A stretch of DNA of 63,875 nucleotides, counting the filler, from Octopus bimaculoides (Eukaryota): NCBI RefSeq assembly GCF_001194135.2. It is 3 parts of 3 records of this genome, joined end to end, with 100 filler letters (N's around TTAATTAATTAA, not from the genome) between each part and the next. Parts side by side here need not be neighbours in the genome. Positions count along the whole stretch, not along the records: positions 1 to 30,010 come from NC_068988.1; positions 30,111 to 61,861 come from NC_069001.1; 1 more part is not named here. One strand, given 5' to 3'. The notes under the pieces are model-generated. The model searched no databases. It had not been told where the DNA came from and saw only the letters and a list, made by a program, of their open reading frames with translations. The position numbers and the translations under genes are program-made. Shown piece after piece: positions 24,393 to 37,228 of the stretch (position 1 is its first letter; every line of letters begins with the position of its first letter).

Positions 24393-24666
24393 ATGAATGT
24401 ATATTTATATATATATGTATATATATTTCACATATACATATATAGTATTTATATCTATGTGTGTCAATGTATATATATATATACATATGTATGTGTCAAT
24501 ATATATATGTTCTTGGGGTCATGCTGGTGTTTAGTGTGTATGTGCGTGCTTTCATGTAGATGATTTCGTGTTGATGTATTTATAGTTTTTGAGACCATAT
24601 ATATATATATATGTATACGCATATTTATATGGATGTATGTACATATATATATTTATATATGCATGC

Positions 24667-24714
<48 letters not shown>

Positions 24715-24773
24715 TTATATACATATATACATACATACATGTATATAAATATATATACATATATACATACAAG

Positions 24774-24805
<32 letters not shown>

Positions 24806-24960
24806 CATACATATATATACAAGTATATATATACATATATATATATACATACAAGTACATATATATATATATACACACACATATATATATATATAAATAT
24901 CAGCAAGTGCATGTATACGTATATATATATATATACATAGAGAGAGAGAGAGAGGGGGGA
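23340..24960. repeat. Extended compound (TA)/(TG)/(CA)/(GA) microsatellite field
   Basis: Directly visible, with short unique inserts. Confidence 0.9.
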
Positions 24961-25429
24961 GATAGAGAGAAAGAGAGAGCAAGAGAAAGGGAAACATAGA
25001 TTGATAAACATCCAGAGAAAAATGTTTATGTATGTCTTTGCCTACACACACGTACGACCATGCATAAGTTGGAATATCCTACACAAGTCACGAAATACTG
25101 AAAATATGGGAAAATGATAAAACGCTTTGTTCATTTTGTAATGTAATTAATTCTAAAACGCATTATGACGATCGAAATTTCAAAATGTCTCACTACTTAT
25201 TTAAAAATGCATTATTCCATACAGGCTTCACTTCAAACGATGATAATTATTGTAATGGCTAGCTATTAACTTTCAATTATAATAGTATGGTACATTGATC
25301 AGAAGTAGCTTGGTTACTAACACTATTGGTAACAAGGCAGCCAAACTGATAACCTTAATTTGTTATATACATACCCAGTAAGAAGGAAAGTGTTGTCATA
25401 CACATTAAATATCAATAAACACAAACTCA

Positions 25430-25435
25430 CACACA

Positions 25436-25527
<92 letters not shown>

Positions 25528-25570
25528 CACACACACACACTCTGTCACACACACACACATACTCTGTCAC
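25430..25570. repeat. (CA)n microsatellite
   Basis: Directly visible. Confidence 0.97.
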
Positions 25571-26195
25571 GCACACACAAACATATATGCAAACAACACT
25601 TACACACAAGCACACACATACGCAAACACATAAGCACGCCATCACACGCATATATACAAACACATACGTTGGCCTTAGCCCTGCACTGAAAATCGTTTCA
25701 GTCGTGAACATTCTGATTTTTCTTTATCTTTTTTTTTTCAGTCTGTTTACATCAAAGGCAACATTATGCAATGTGTCTTTTCTCTTCTAAAAGCACACAA
25801 TATGATTTGAGGGAGATTTTGTTCCTATTTCTAGAAACCATATATGCCAGTGTATATGTTCTGTTGCGTGATAAAATGATAAAAGTCACAAGTCTTTCGC
25901 TGATGAAAGCTCCAAATAGTCGAGTGAATACTCATTTTATTTTAGAGCATTCCTTATGCACATTTATTTTGGGGTTCTCCAAATTATTTTGCTTGTGTTT
26001 CGTTTATTTTAAGAAAAACGCACAACACCATGCTCTTATAAACTGGTTATGTATTATTATATGAGCATAGAATATACGAGCTTCGTCAGCTGATGATTGT
26101 ATATGTAGCACATGCAACTGAGATATGAAAGTCTAAAGTCGCATTGGATACATACATACATACAGACATACATACTTGCATGCATGCATACATAC

Positions 26196-26452
26196 TGTTG
26201 TAACGTAATTTTTACAATAAATAAGATGATCAGACAACAGTAAAAGCAATGTAACGAACTAACAAATCTCTTAGTGAACTAGCAATCAATATTGCAAACT
26301 AACCAACTGACACCTTCCGATCTCACTGCGAACTAACACCAAATTCACTCGACTCCGAACTCTGAACCTTAAACTCTCTCGGGTCGTTTCTATTTATACT
26401 TTATTCGAACCAGTCTATCTCTCGCACGGTGGCGTCGTAACTCTTCATCACA
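26196..26452 (-). mobile_element. Gypsy-like 3' LTR (257 bp)
   Basis: TG...CA ends (TGTGATG...TTACAACA on minus), TATAAATA inside, and PPT CTCAAAAGGGGAGA immediately upstream at 26453-26466. Confidence 0.8.
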
Positions 26453-26890
26453 TCTCCCCTTTTGAGATTTCTTTTATTTTTTTTCCAGCACCTATCACTC
26501 TTTTTTTTGGGTTTTTTTTTAGCTGCTATATGTTAATTGTTGCCCGACTTTTAAGGTAATATTGTTCGTTGCACAAAGCACTTTTTCTTTTCACTGTACT
26601 AAGCACTCTTGTTTTTTTTTTTCGTTCAGGTAATTCTTCCAGATATTCAGTCTGTTTTCGTTTCCTGTAGCTAATTCTACGGGGTTCAATATTTCTCGGT
26701 GTTGGCACTTCAAGCATATCATAGAAGACTTCCATTGGTATTACCCCTCGTTCTTCTATATGTCTCATCTTTAACTGGTTAAGGTGTCCCTTATGTTCCG
26801 AAAGTTGCCCTTTAATTAAATACATCATGTTACCTAATCTTTTGATTACACAGCCATCTTCCCAACCTTCTGCGTTTAACTCCATTTATT
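26453..26890 (-). mobile_element. Ty3/Gypsy PPT and integrase C-terminal remnant
   Basis: ORF 26526-26885: WEDGCVIKRLGNMMYLIKG...HKGHLNQLK...RRISYRKRKQTEYLE, the typical GPY/F-region tail of Gypsy integrases. Confidence 0.85.
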
Positions 26891-27040
26891 TATTTATATA
26901 TATTATACAAAATATTTAACGTAAACCCGGAGTTTCTACCTTTAAAAACAAGGAGTTGCAACCTTTTTACTTGTGGGACTTTTTGCTACTATTTATCTAT
27001 TTTTTTCCGTGTTAATTGTTAACAACGGAAAAATACGCAC

Positions 27041-27079
<39 letters not shown>

Positions 27080-27089
27080 NNNNNNNNNN

Positions 27090-27151
<62 letters not shown>

Positions 27152-27164
27152 AGTGTGTGTGTCG

Positions 27165-27501
27165 TGGCACTCCGTCGGTTACGAAGACGAGGGTTCCAGT
27201 TGATCCGATCAATGGAACACACTGCTCGTGAAATTAACGTACTAATGGCTTGTCTGAGCGTTCCACAGACACGTGATTCTTGGGGAGATTCAGCGTAACA
27301 CAGAGTGTGACAAGGCAGGCCCTTTGAAATAAAGTACAATAGAAACGGGAAGAAAGAGTGAGAGAAAATTGTGGTGAAAGAATACAGTAGGGTTCACCAC
27401 CACCCCCTGCTGGAGCCTCGTGGAGCTTTAAGTGTTTTCGCTCAATAAACACTCACAACGCCCAGTCCGTTGGCCTAACCACTGGGTCATTGCGCCTCCA
27501 C
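27165..27501 (-). mobile_element. SINE family C
   Basis: Aligns with 16920-17280; head GTGGAGGCGCAATGACCCAGTGGTTAGG. Confidence 0.92.
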
Positions 27502-27521
27502 TATATATATATGTATGCATG

Positions 27522-27545
<24 letters not shown>

Positions 27546-27552
<7 letters not shown>

Positions 27553-27705
27553 ACTTGGGGATGGTCATATTGCCAGTTTAGCCAATAAAAACACACGCAC
27601 TGTATATTTGGTGTTAATTTTTTTTTTTCAGCTTTATATTACATTAATCTTAATCTTAATCTTTATTGGCTAAACTGGCAATATGACCATCCCCAAGTAC
27701 AACAA
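27546..27705. mobile_element. Fold-back/MITE-like element with perfect 44-bp inverted repeats
   Basis: 27546-27589 is the exact reverse complement of 27662-27705; 72-bp AT-rich spacer. Confidence 0.9.
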
Positions 27706-27751
27706 CATCTGTTTCAACACACGATTTCACATAAAAAATCTTGCAAAACAA

Positions 27752-27787
<36 letters not shown>

Positions 27788-28394
27788 TCATTTATTATTT
27801 GTATTATATATATAAATGCTTATATGTAAACTTATAGATATGTGTATGCATATGTGTGTGTGTGCGTATGTGCATGTGTGTATATATGTATGTGTGTATA
27901 CATCTGTATATGTGTATATGTATATAATTATTTCTTTAAACCATACTAAAGTTCAAAGCATAGCAATATAGACTTTTATATTTTCACATTTGCGATTCCT
28001 GACACGACCTGAGACATATGTAGCCACCGTTGGGAAACACTTAACATAGACTGGATATGAATTATATTATTTAACGAAAAATTACTGAAAAGAAAAAAAT
28101 TTCCAATATTATGTGTCAGTATTTTAATCTCTCTGGACCCCCCCCCCCTTATAGATACATCAAACAACTAATATATTTAACTAACTATTAATTAACTATG
28201 ATCAAAACTATTTCATTCTACTTTATATATATAATTGTGGGACGCCAAATAAATATGCTGAAAACCAGCAAAAAAACAAGGACGTTTCTACGTGGTCTTT
28301 CTTCTGGCTAGAAATAGTAGTCACGTTCTTGTGAAACCATTGCCTGCTGTTTTAGAAACAGATTGGGCATTGTAATATTGATGATGTTATCTTC

Positions 28395-28720
28395 GTTCGC
28401 GTCGGGTGATGAGAGTTATCCAAGCAGTACCATTCTGCACCAACCCACCCCTTCTTCCTAGGTAACACCCATCTCGATCAAGCCTACCCGCACAGTTCTT
28501 TTCCACGTCTTAACCAGCCTGCATCTCTCTTATCGTCTTTGACTGTTTACGGCTGTTTTTGCCAGTCTCTCCAACAGTAAGCGCAATGATGTCTTTCAGT
28601 TTACTTAGGTCAGCTCTCCACATGATTTCATCGTTTGTGATGTAGTCACGCCAAGTGATTATCTTGATATTTTTGAGGCACCGGTGATGAAAAACATTCA
28701 CTCTACTGCAAATCTTGCAA
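28395..28720 (-). mobile_element. RTE (BovB-like) LINE 3' fragment
   Basis: NVFHHRCLKNIKIITWRDYITNDEIMWRA, then KTWKRTVRVGLIEMGVT*EE. Confidence 0.8.
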
Positions 28721-29319
28721 TGTAATCTTAGTCCTTCAATGTAGTCTTCGTCTTCAATGTAGACTGAGATACATCTAAAACGGTAGGACAGACATAACTG
28801 AAGTATTTCTAATGATGAGCCTGTTTTATCATGGAAACCCGAGTTTAAACAACGGCAACACTGATCAATGGGCATATCTTTATTTGGTCTCACGATCCGC
28901 ACGCAATGAACACTAAATCTCCTTCAATCGATAAAGTAATCCAAGATAATACTGGAGAGACGGGCAGACGACATCTTCTCAATCTGGTTTAATTTCTGAT
29001 GAAATAATAATAACGTCATCAACCCCAATATCATGAAACAATAATGTCATTAACCACAATAACTTTACCGACCCAGTTCCCAAAACTAGGAACTACATAA
29101 GACCTACATCACCACATACTCTGAAAGGGGAGACTTCACCTCACATCATGACGCATAGAGATATGAGTTATTTGGCAAATTTTATGATTAAAGTCAATGT
29201 GTATCTGTGTGTACGTGTCCGTGTGTGTGTACGTGTCCGTGTGNNNNNNNNNNTGTATATAGATATATCTATGTAAATATATGTGTGTGTGTGTGTGTGT
29301 GTGCGTGTGTATGTGAGTG

Positions 29320-29358
<39 letters not shown>

Positions 29359-29369
29359 TTGTGTATATG

Positions 29370-29520
29370 TGTGTTTACGTACCCGCAACTTAGCAGTTCG
29401 GCATCAGAAAGCGATATAATAAGTACTACGTTTTAAAAATACAAGCCCTAGGGATGATATGTTCCACTACAACACTTGAAGTTGGTGCCCAGCAAGAATG
29501 TGGTCAAATCACTGAAACAC
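29370..29520 (+). mobile_element. SINE family D 3' half, diverged
   Basis: GTGTTTACGTACCCGCAACTTAGCAGTTCGGC...GTCAAATCACTGAAACA. Confidence 0.7.
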
Positions 29521-29977
29521 CATAAAACATTATATATATATATATATATATATGTGTATGTGTGTGTGTGTGTGTGTGTGCGTGTGTGTGGCTCGTTACT
29601 ACACAGCAGAAGTTACTGATCCAATGCCCTGTGTGAATGAACCGAAAATCACGTGGTTGCAGAGAGATGTTCTTAACTACGTAGCCATGCCAACAACTAT
29701 TCATTGACGCATGCGCAAATGTATATTTAATTATTCATGTACACTCATTTCCATATTATTCAAGATGTGTTTATTTATATGTGTGCGTATATATTTGCGT
29801 TAAAACGAACCTGACAATCGGCGAGGCACTTATGCTGTGGAGAAAGTATTTCGGTTCCTTTAATTTACAACTTTTGACACGACATTGAGATTAAATTTTG
29901 GTTTACGAAATGGCACAGATAAACAGGAGAATTTCCAAGAGGCTCATTATATACGCACTCATAGGCATTAAATATAT

Positions 29978-30008
<31 letters not shown>

Positions 30009-30010
30009 TA

Positions 30011-30110
30011 NNNNNNNNNNNNNNNNNNNNNNNNNNNNNNNNNNNNNNNNNNNNTTAATTAATTAANNNNNNNNNNNNNNNNNNNNNNNNNNNNNNNNNN
30101 NNNNNNNNNN
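30011..30110. other. Synthetic 100-bp scaffold spacer (44N + TTAATTAATTAA + 44N)
   Basis: The 12-mer has stops in all six frames; an identical construct is at 61862-61961. Confidence 0.95.
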
Positions 30111-30551
30111 ATATATATCAGTGTGTCTGGCATGCATAAATATTCTCTGGTTTGTCGGATCGTTGATGGTGGCTCGTTGATTTGCTGTTGGCCATTGTTA
30201 TTTATTTATTTATTCATTTATTTATTTATTTATTCATTTATTATATGCGAGTTTCAGAAGTTATTTCAATATGAACGCTCTATTGGATATAATGATTGCA
30301 GAATGGAAAGGATCAAGATAGTGAACAGACATTGAAATTGCTACCTAATCTGCAGGATGTTAAAGATAGCTGGCTGGTTGCTTGGTGTTGCTGGTTCTTG
30401 CTATTTGATACCATTAGCTCTACAAACAAGTGCTATCGCCATTTTTTTCCGTATGAATGTAGAGATGTGTTTAGGAGTGTTGATGGGTGTGTATGTGCGT
30501 GTATGTATGTATGTATGCATGCATGAATAAATGTTTATGAAGATGTTCGCA

Positions 30552-30554
<3 letters not shown>

Positions 30555-30635
<81 letters not shown>
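30555..30635. repeat. (TA)n(GA)n compound microsatellite
   Basis: Directly visible. Confidence 0.95.
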
Positions 30636-30637
<2 letters not shown>

Positions 30638-30751
30638 GAGGAAAAGAGATGATTGTTTTGCCTACTAATATACAAGGATGTATATATTATAGGTATATAA
30701 ACGCCATTCTCTCTCTCTCTCTTTCTACTTATATATATATATATATTTATA

Positions 30752-30785
<34 letters not shown>

Positions 30786-31297
30786 CTTTTATATTTATAT
30801 ATATATAATTATTTGTGTATGTAAATGCATAAATTTATATATAAATATGTAAATTTATATACATACATTTATATAAATGTGTGTGTGCGCATTTATACAT
30901 GCACTAACACATACACAGATGTTATGTACATGTGAGTACATATGAGTGTGGTTATGTATGTATGTATGTATAGGAGTAGTTCGCGAATGTATTGACGAAT
31001 ATGTATATGTATATACGTTTCTATGTGCATGCAATAACTTTGTCTGCAAAACGAGAAGTTATCCTTTCTAAATAACAAAAAGTACATTAACTGGCCTAAC
31101 GCCATGACCTAAACGTTTGCGACGTGACATGTCTTCTGTCGGTTAATTATGAGGCCGACATTGAACCCAGTTTAAGAATGACGGAGATTAATATATTCAT
31201 GATATGTATTAAGATTTCTGTGTACAATGTATAGGCAGCTGTAAGTTGGTGATTTTACTTAAGTGACTCGTTGGGCATAAGCGCTTATATGTGTGAG

Positions 31298-31299
<2 letters not shown>

Positions 31300-31378
<79 letters not shown>
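31300..31378. repeat. (GA)n microsatellite
   Basis: Directly visible. Confidence 0.97.
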
Positions 31379-31381
<3 letters not shown>

Positions 31382-32320
31382 ATTGCGTGTACATAGAAAT
31401 GTATAAACGTATACACATTCGTCAATACATTTTCGAACAACTACTATACATACAAACATGCATACATTACATACTTTATGCATGAAATATTGTTTCGTTA
31501 ATGTCAACACATCAAAAGTACGAATATGCAAATTAAGTTTTCTGCTCTGGTTTATGTCTATTTTGTACATCAACTGAATTGTGTTGTTCAGTAAGGAATC
31601 CGGGTATGTCTTTTTGGGGGACTTGTCGAGAAATCATGAAACAGTCCGTCAAGAGACTCCCTCCATCATTCCCCCACCCTGCTCTGCAGATGAACAGCAT
31701 AGAAAGTGTGTATGCATTCCCAGTGAGGCTTTCTAGTATCAAGATATATTTCAGACCTTCTTATGCTGTATTGAGCGTAATATATAAAAATCAAATAAGT
31801 AACAGGATGTCGAGTATTAATGCAATACGATCGTTTCAGCCGGCTCCATTTAATTAAACAATGCAAGCATTACATCAATTTAAATACAGTGCCATCTTTA
31901 GTTGCAAGAAATATGGATTTTCAACAGACAAGATATATTAATATAATTTTTCTCAAATATTTTATCTGAGCCAGAAGATGAAACAATTTTTTAGTGGCAG
32001 AAATGGAACACAGTGGGGGTCATAGGATTGTAATTTATTTCTAATTTTTTATCTACCTTCTTATCACCAACAAAAGATCTAAGGTTAGTAGACTGCGTTT
32101 ATTGAGAATTAAGAGGACTGTGGGTTGACCGTTCAGAACTGCTGGTTATAAATAAATATTTCTAGATGTCCCCCTATTCTTTAATTCNNNNNNNNNNNNN
32201 NNNNNNNNNNNNNNNNNNNNNNNNNNNNNNNNNNNNNNNNNNNNNNNNNNNNNNNNNNNNNNNNNNNNNNNNNNNNNNNNNNNNNNNNNNNNNNNNNNNN
32301 NNNNNNNNNNNNNNNNNNNN

Positions 32321-32387
<67 letters not shown>

Positions 32388-32404
32388 AGATATGGAGGTA
32401 TGTA

Positions 32405-32448
<44 letters not shown>

Positions 32449-32466
32449 TTTGTAACATATATATGT

Positions 32467-32499
<33 letters not shown>

Positions 32500-33010
32500 A
32501 AATGAATGTGTATATACACATACGTTCTTTTACGTATATTTGCATATGTATGTATTTCACATATATGTACATTTATATATACAGTATATGTGCATACACA
32601 CACTATATATATACGTACATTTATATATCCACACTGAAATACATGCGTAAATATGTGTATGTATATATGCATGCATATGTATACCCGTATATATAAATAG
32701 CAACACAAACATAGACACCAGCACTGAAATACAAACGAATATTCAAGAATTTGGCTATAACTTCACGTAATTATGTCTAGCCAATGGTATTCTAATTCCA
32801 TTCTCTATTCACTTAATAAATAATGTATTTTGTTAACTTCCTGTCTATTCATTCATTATAACCAACGTCGCCTCTACTCTCGGCCATTGCAAATTCAATT
32901 CCGTTCTAAATTGGCTGGAAAAAGTTGTAGCAATATACATTTGTGGTTCGCGTGTGATTGTGTCTCCGAATCTCACTCTGTGTCTACGCGTATTTCTTTG
33001 TTTGTATCAT

Positions 33011-33052
<42 letters not shown>

Positions 33053-33289
33053 ACACACACACTCTTCCTCTCCCTTTGAGTATGTGTCTGTATTCGGGTA
33101 TATGAATTATGTGTGTGTGTGTGTATGTATACGCATGTGTATACGTATGTATATATGTATTTACGTGATTGTATATACGTGTGTATATATACATATGTAT
33201 GCTTAAGTATATATATGCATATTTATATACACACACACAAATACATACATACATATATACATACATACATGATGTTTGCCACGTCTAGT

Positions 33290-33670
33290 CAGGCGATAGA
33301 CATCTCGTATTCAGCCTGATTATTCTGATTTACTTTCACCCTAGCATGAGCGTGGGATATGACTTTTCATGCCACACAAACATCGCCAATGGACTTTGTA
33401 AAATACAAAACAAATCATGAAATGAAATGACAGTAAGCCATCTTTACACCATTGGATTTAACTAGCAAAAAGCTTGAGCAACACTTTTGCCACTCTCTCC
33501 TCCACCATAGTGGGTTCCATTGACAAACTTTGCAAGATGTCTGGTACTGTTCTGACTGCAAGTTTTATGCCAGCGTATCCTTCTCCTTGAAGAACTACCC
33601 TCTCCACAGCTTTGTCAAGAATAATCGAAGCATCCTCTACTCTTGAGAAATCTATGTAACCCATAGATGG
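33290..33670 (-). mobile_element. Probable LINE (RTE-type) apurinic endonuclease domain remnant
   Basis: ORF 33458-33664 ASIILDKAVERVVLQGEGYAG...ILQSLSMEPTMVEERVAKV resembles APE GVGIILDK..A.SV...EGYS.RI...IIQVYAPT...EEEVEKFY; the frame decays after the stop. Confidence 0.55.
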
Positions 33671-33676
33671 GTTCTT

Positions 33677-33925
33677 GTGAAGGCGCGTGGCTTAGCGGTT
33701 AGACTGTACGCCTCATGATTGTAAGATTGCGGTTTCGATTCCTGGACCGAGTAACCCTTTGTGTTCTTGAGCAAAACACGTCATTTCACGTTATTCCAGT
33801 CCACTCAGCTGGAAAGAATCAGTAATCCTTCGATCGACCGGCGTCCCGTCCAGGTGGGGAATGTATACGCCACTGAAACCGGGAAACTGTCCCTTATGAG
33901 TCGGTATGACTCTAGAAGGTAACCT
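33677..33925 (+). mobile_element. tRNA-headed SINE family E
   Basis: A box TGGCTTAGCGG, B box GTTTCGATTCC, body GACCGGCGTCCCGTCCAGG...GAAACCGGGAAAC. Confidence 0.92.
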
Positions 33926-34419
33926 TCTTGACAGGTCCTACCATTCCGGGTCAGAATGGGTCTGGGAATAATAGCAATTTAGGGTAGACCACTAGCGCCG
34001 ACCTGTGGCAGAGCGCTTCGAGCAGGAATCAGACATGTGGTGTCTTTGATCATCGTCGACAACGACGGACGAGCTAACACAACACAACATTCTTTCATAA
34101 TGTGCAGCTTTGTATCAATATTGCCAATTAATGTTCTTTATAATTAAATCTATGTATATTTCTTTACCAAAATGTTGTTCTTTTCGTAAAGTCTAAAGAA
34201 AATATCAGAGAAAAAAGACAAGTAATTATATAAGTTTTAACTTGGAAAACGCTTATTTTAATTAACAAAAGTTTTGACCTTTATTCTAAAATATACGAAG
34301 CGGAAAATGTTTATAGTTCAAATCTTATATAAATATTATAAACACACTTCCACGAAAAACAAATTTGCATTTTTTATTTATATGTAGCATAATATTACAT
34401 ACACACACGCGCGCGCGCA

Positions 34420-34539
34420 TAGTGTGGGCCAAAAGTCACGCACGAAGATTAAAACTCATGTAATATACATTGCACATTTCAAATACGCTTTACAAATGAA
34501 ATGTCAAATGTTTTGGTGCGTGACCTTTGGCCCACGCTA
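34420..34539. mobile_element. 120-bp Tc1/mariner-type MITE
   Basis: TAGTGTGGGCCAAAAGTCACGCAC ... GTGCGTGACCTTTGGCCCACGCTA, 22/24 inverted match, TA at both ends. Confidence 0.8.
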
Positions 34540-34551
34540 TATTTATGTATG

Positions 34552-34596
<45 letters not shown>

Positions 34597-35392
34597 TATC
34601 ATATTTATCATTGTTGCCATTTTTTTAAAAATTCTAATGGCAAAACTTCGGCGTTTCAATAAAAACAAAAGTATCTTTAGTTATCATCTCAAATGGAAAA
34701 ATGTATATAATATCAATTGGAAAGTGATTATACATCGTCTATATATTTTCAATAATTAAATTTCAAACAATTAACGCCTTCATTTGCATATGTCCAAACA
34801 TTTCCGTATATAAAATTCTTTCGCCTATCTTATATTATTTATTATGATTTATAAATTTACATTTTCCATAGAATTTTTTTTTTTTTTTTTACAGAATCTT
34901 TTTTTCAAAAATTCTTTTCTTTATCGTGTCTGTTCCGCCATTCTTTCCTTTTATCTGATTTAGTTTCAGAATTTACTATGTCTTCTTATCAACGACTGCT
35001 TATCTTTTTAATGTTTTATCATTTTCATCTTTCTCCAATTCAGCATTTTAAGCCAACATTATCCAATCGATATATTTTTTTTTCTCATCGATTGCTTTCA
35101 CCATTCAAGGAGAAAAACGATCACATGTCAAACTATGACCAATCAGAACTCTTGTTACAAATATACGAGTTTTTCCAGCGAAAGTAATGCAAAAGTGAAC
35201 ACAACTTTTTTTTTTATTATTGACTAATAAATGTCGGTGGAGTAACGACCGATTCAAGTTAATAAAAAAAGAAGTTCCTCCCCATTTAGAACCCGCGTAG
35301 ACCATAGTCAGTACTGATGTTAATTTTTATGTCCTTCCTTGACATATTGCTCGAATAGTTTTTATTTTTACATTTATCATACCTTGTATAGT

Positions 35393-36400
35393 TAAGGCGG
35401 TGAGCTGGCTGAATACTAAGCACTCCGGATATGCTTAGCGGCTCTTCGTCCATTTTTGTCTTGTATTCAAGCCCCTTTCGGGATCGATAGGATAAGTACA
35501 AAGGGGTGTTTTGGTTGACTTACCTCCTCCCCCGAACTTGCTGGTGTTGTGCCTAAAGTGGAAACTATTATTATTGTTGTTGCAAAGGCAGTGAGCTGTA
35601 TCAGCACGTTGGACAAAATGCTGAGTAGCTTTTCGTCCAGCTCTTTACGTACTGAGTTCAAATTCCGCCGAAGTCGACTTTGCCTTTCATCCCTTTCAGA
35701 TCGATAAAATAAGTACCAGTAAAGTACTGGGGGGGTCGTTGAAATCGACCAGTCTCCTGCAAAATTTCAAGCCTTGTACCTATAGTAGAAAGAATAAGGC
35801 TTTGAGTTGGCAGAATTGTTAGCACGCCGTGGAGAAGAGAGATTGGTGTGCATGGGTGACCGCTGGTCTTCCACAAACAAACTTGACTGGACTACTCTCA
35901 GAGGGGAACTTTTTTTAGGTACAACCCCATGGTCATTCATGTGTTCGGTGCCTAGTAGTGCTATTTTCTGTGTTATATATACTTGTAAGTTCTGGTGATT
36001 TTGTTATGTATTTGTCTGAATATTTTTTATCATATCTAATGCACCTACTCTCATAGGAATTGTTTCTGTTTTTAGAATCCACATTCGAGTTAGCTCTGTT
36101 TCCAGATCTTTGTATTTTGAAAGCTTCTCTGTTTCTTTTCGAGAAGGATTGTCATCTGTTAGTATTAATATTAAAGCGGCGAGCTGGCAGAACTGTTAAC
36201 ACGCCGAGCAAAATGATAGCGGAATTTGGTCAGTCTTTACGTTCTTAGTTCAAATTCCGCCAAAGTCAACTTTACCTTTCATCCTTCCGAGATCGATAAA
36301 ATAAATACCAGTTACGTATTGGGATCGATGTAATCGGCTTACACCCTCCCCAAAACTTCAGACCTTGTGCCTATAGTAGAAAGGATTATAATTATTATCA
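35393..36400 (+). mobile_element. Cluster of SINE family A copies (35393-35570, 35585-35795, head at 35796, 36172-36400) with a family F 3' piece (about 35835-35950)
   Basis: Repeated AAGGCGGTGAGCTGG heads and CCTATAGTAGAAAG tails. GCTGGTCTTCCACAAACAA...CCCATGGTCATTCATG matches the reverse complement of 44310-44400. Confidence 0.88.
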
Positions 36401-36808
36401 TTATTATTATTCTTGTTGCTGTTATTTCGATTATTGTTGTCGCTGTTATTATTGTTGTCGCTTCAGCAGAAAACCAATAAAAGCAACAGACACAGTAGAT
36501 CATATTATTTATATGTCTCCCCCTTTCCATTTTAAAGAAAATCGTGCGAGAACGGCGAAGGCTCGTTAATATCATTCTGCACGGTACGAAGAAAATCTCT
36601 CTCTTCTAAGATATTGAATGGGAAGAGAACACGACAAGAATAATACATTACATGCTGATCGAGGCTATCGATGAAACAAACCCTTTTTCCTTCTTCTTTT
36701 CTCATATGTCTACAAGCAGGTAATATCCTTCCCAAACAGTGTCTTCAAGGCATTTTACATTTAGCTTCTAAGTGTGTACGTGAGTGTGTATATGTGTGTA
36801 GATTAAAA

Positions 36809-36864
<56 letters not shown>

Positions 36865-37029
36865 TACCAATTATATGTATATATATACATACACATGCAC
36901 ACAAATCTTTTCAAACGTACGCTCATCCACATATATATATATGTATGTATGCATGTATAAAGGGGGAGAACGACAGATACATATGTGCGTGTGCGTACAT
37001 AAACACGTATATCTATGCGCGAGTATGTG

Positions 37030-37081
<52 letters not shown>

Positions 37082-37184
37082 ATGTATACCTGTGTGTATA
37101 TACATATGTAGACGTATCTGCGTATATATATGTATATATATTGTATGTCTACGTGTGTATGCATACATATGTAGACGTATCTGC

Positions 37185-37228
<44 letters not shown>

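Noticed and set aside
25900-25932. CTGATGA-AAGCTC...GAGT-GAATAC as a hammerhead
   Set aside because: Stem II is plausible, but GAAA is disrupted and no stem I partner exists.
27975-28150. Possible mariner C-terminus and TIR remnant (QRWLH...)
   Set aside because: Similarity is too weak to support by eye.
33677-33752. tRNA genes at SINE heads (also 13216, 58214, 17210-17280)
   Set aside because: A/B boxes are present but there is no acceptor-stem pairing, and each continues into a SINE body.
36540-36720. Possible exon between TTAAAG and CAG|GTAAT
   Set aside because: All three frames contain stops and no homolog is recognised.
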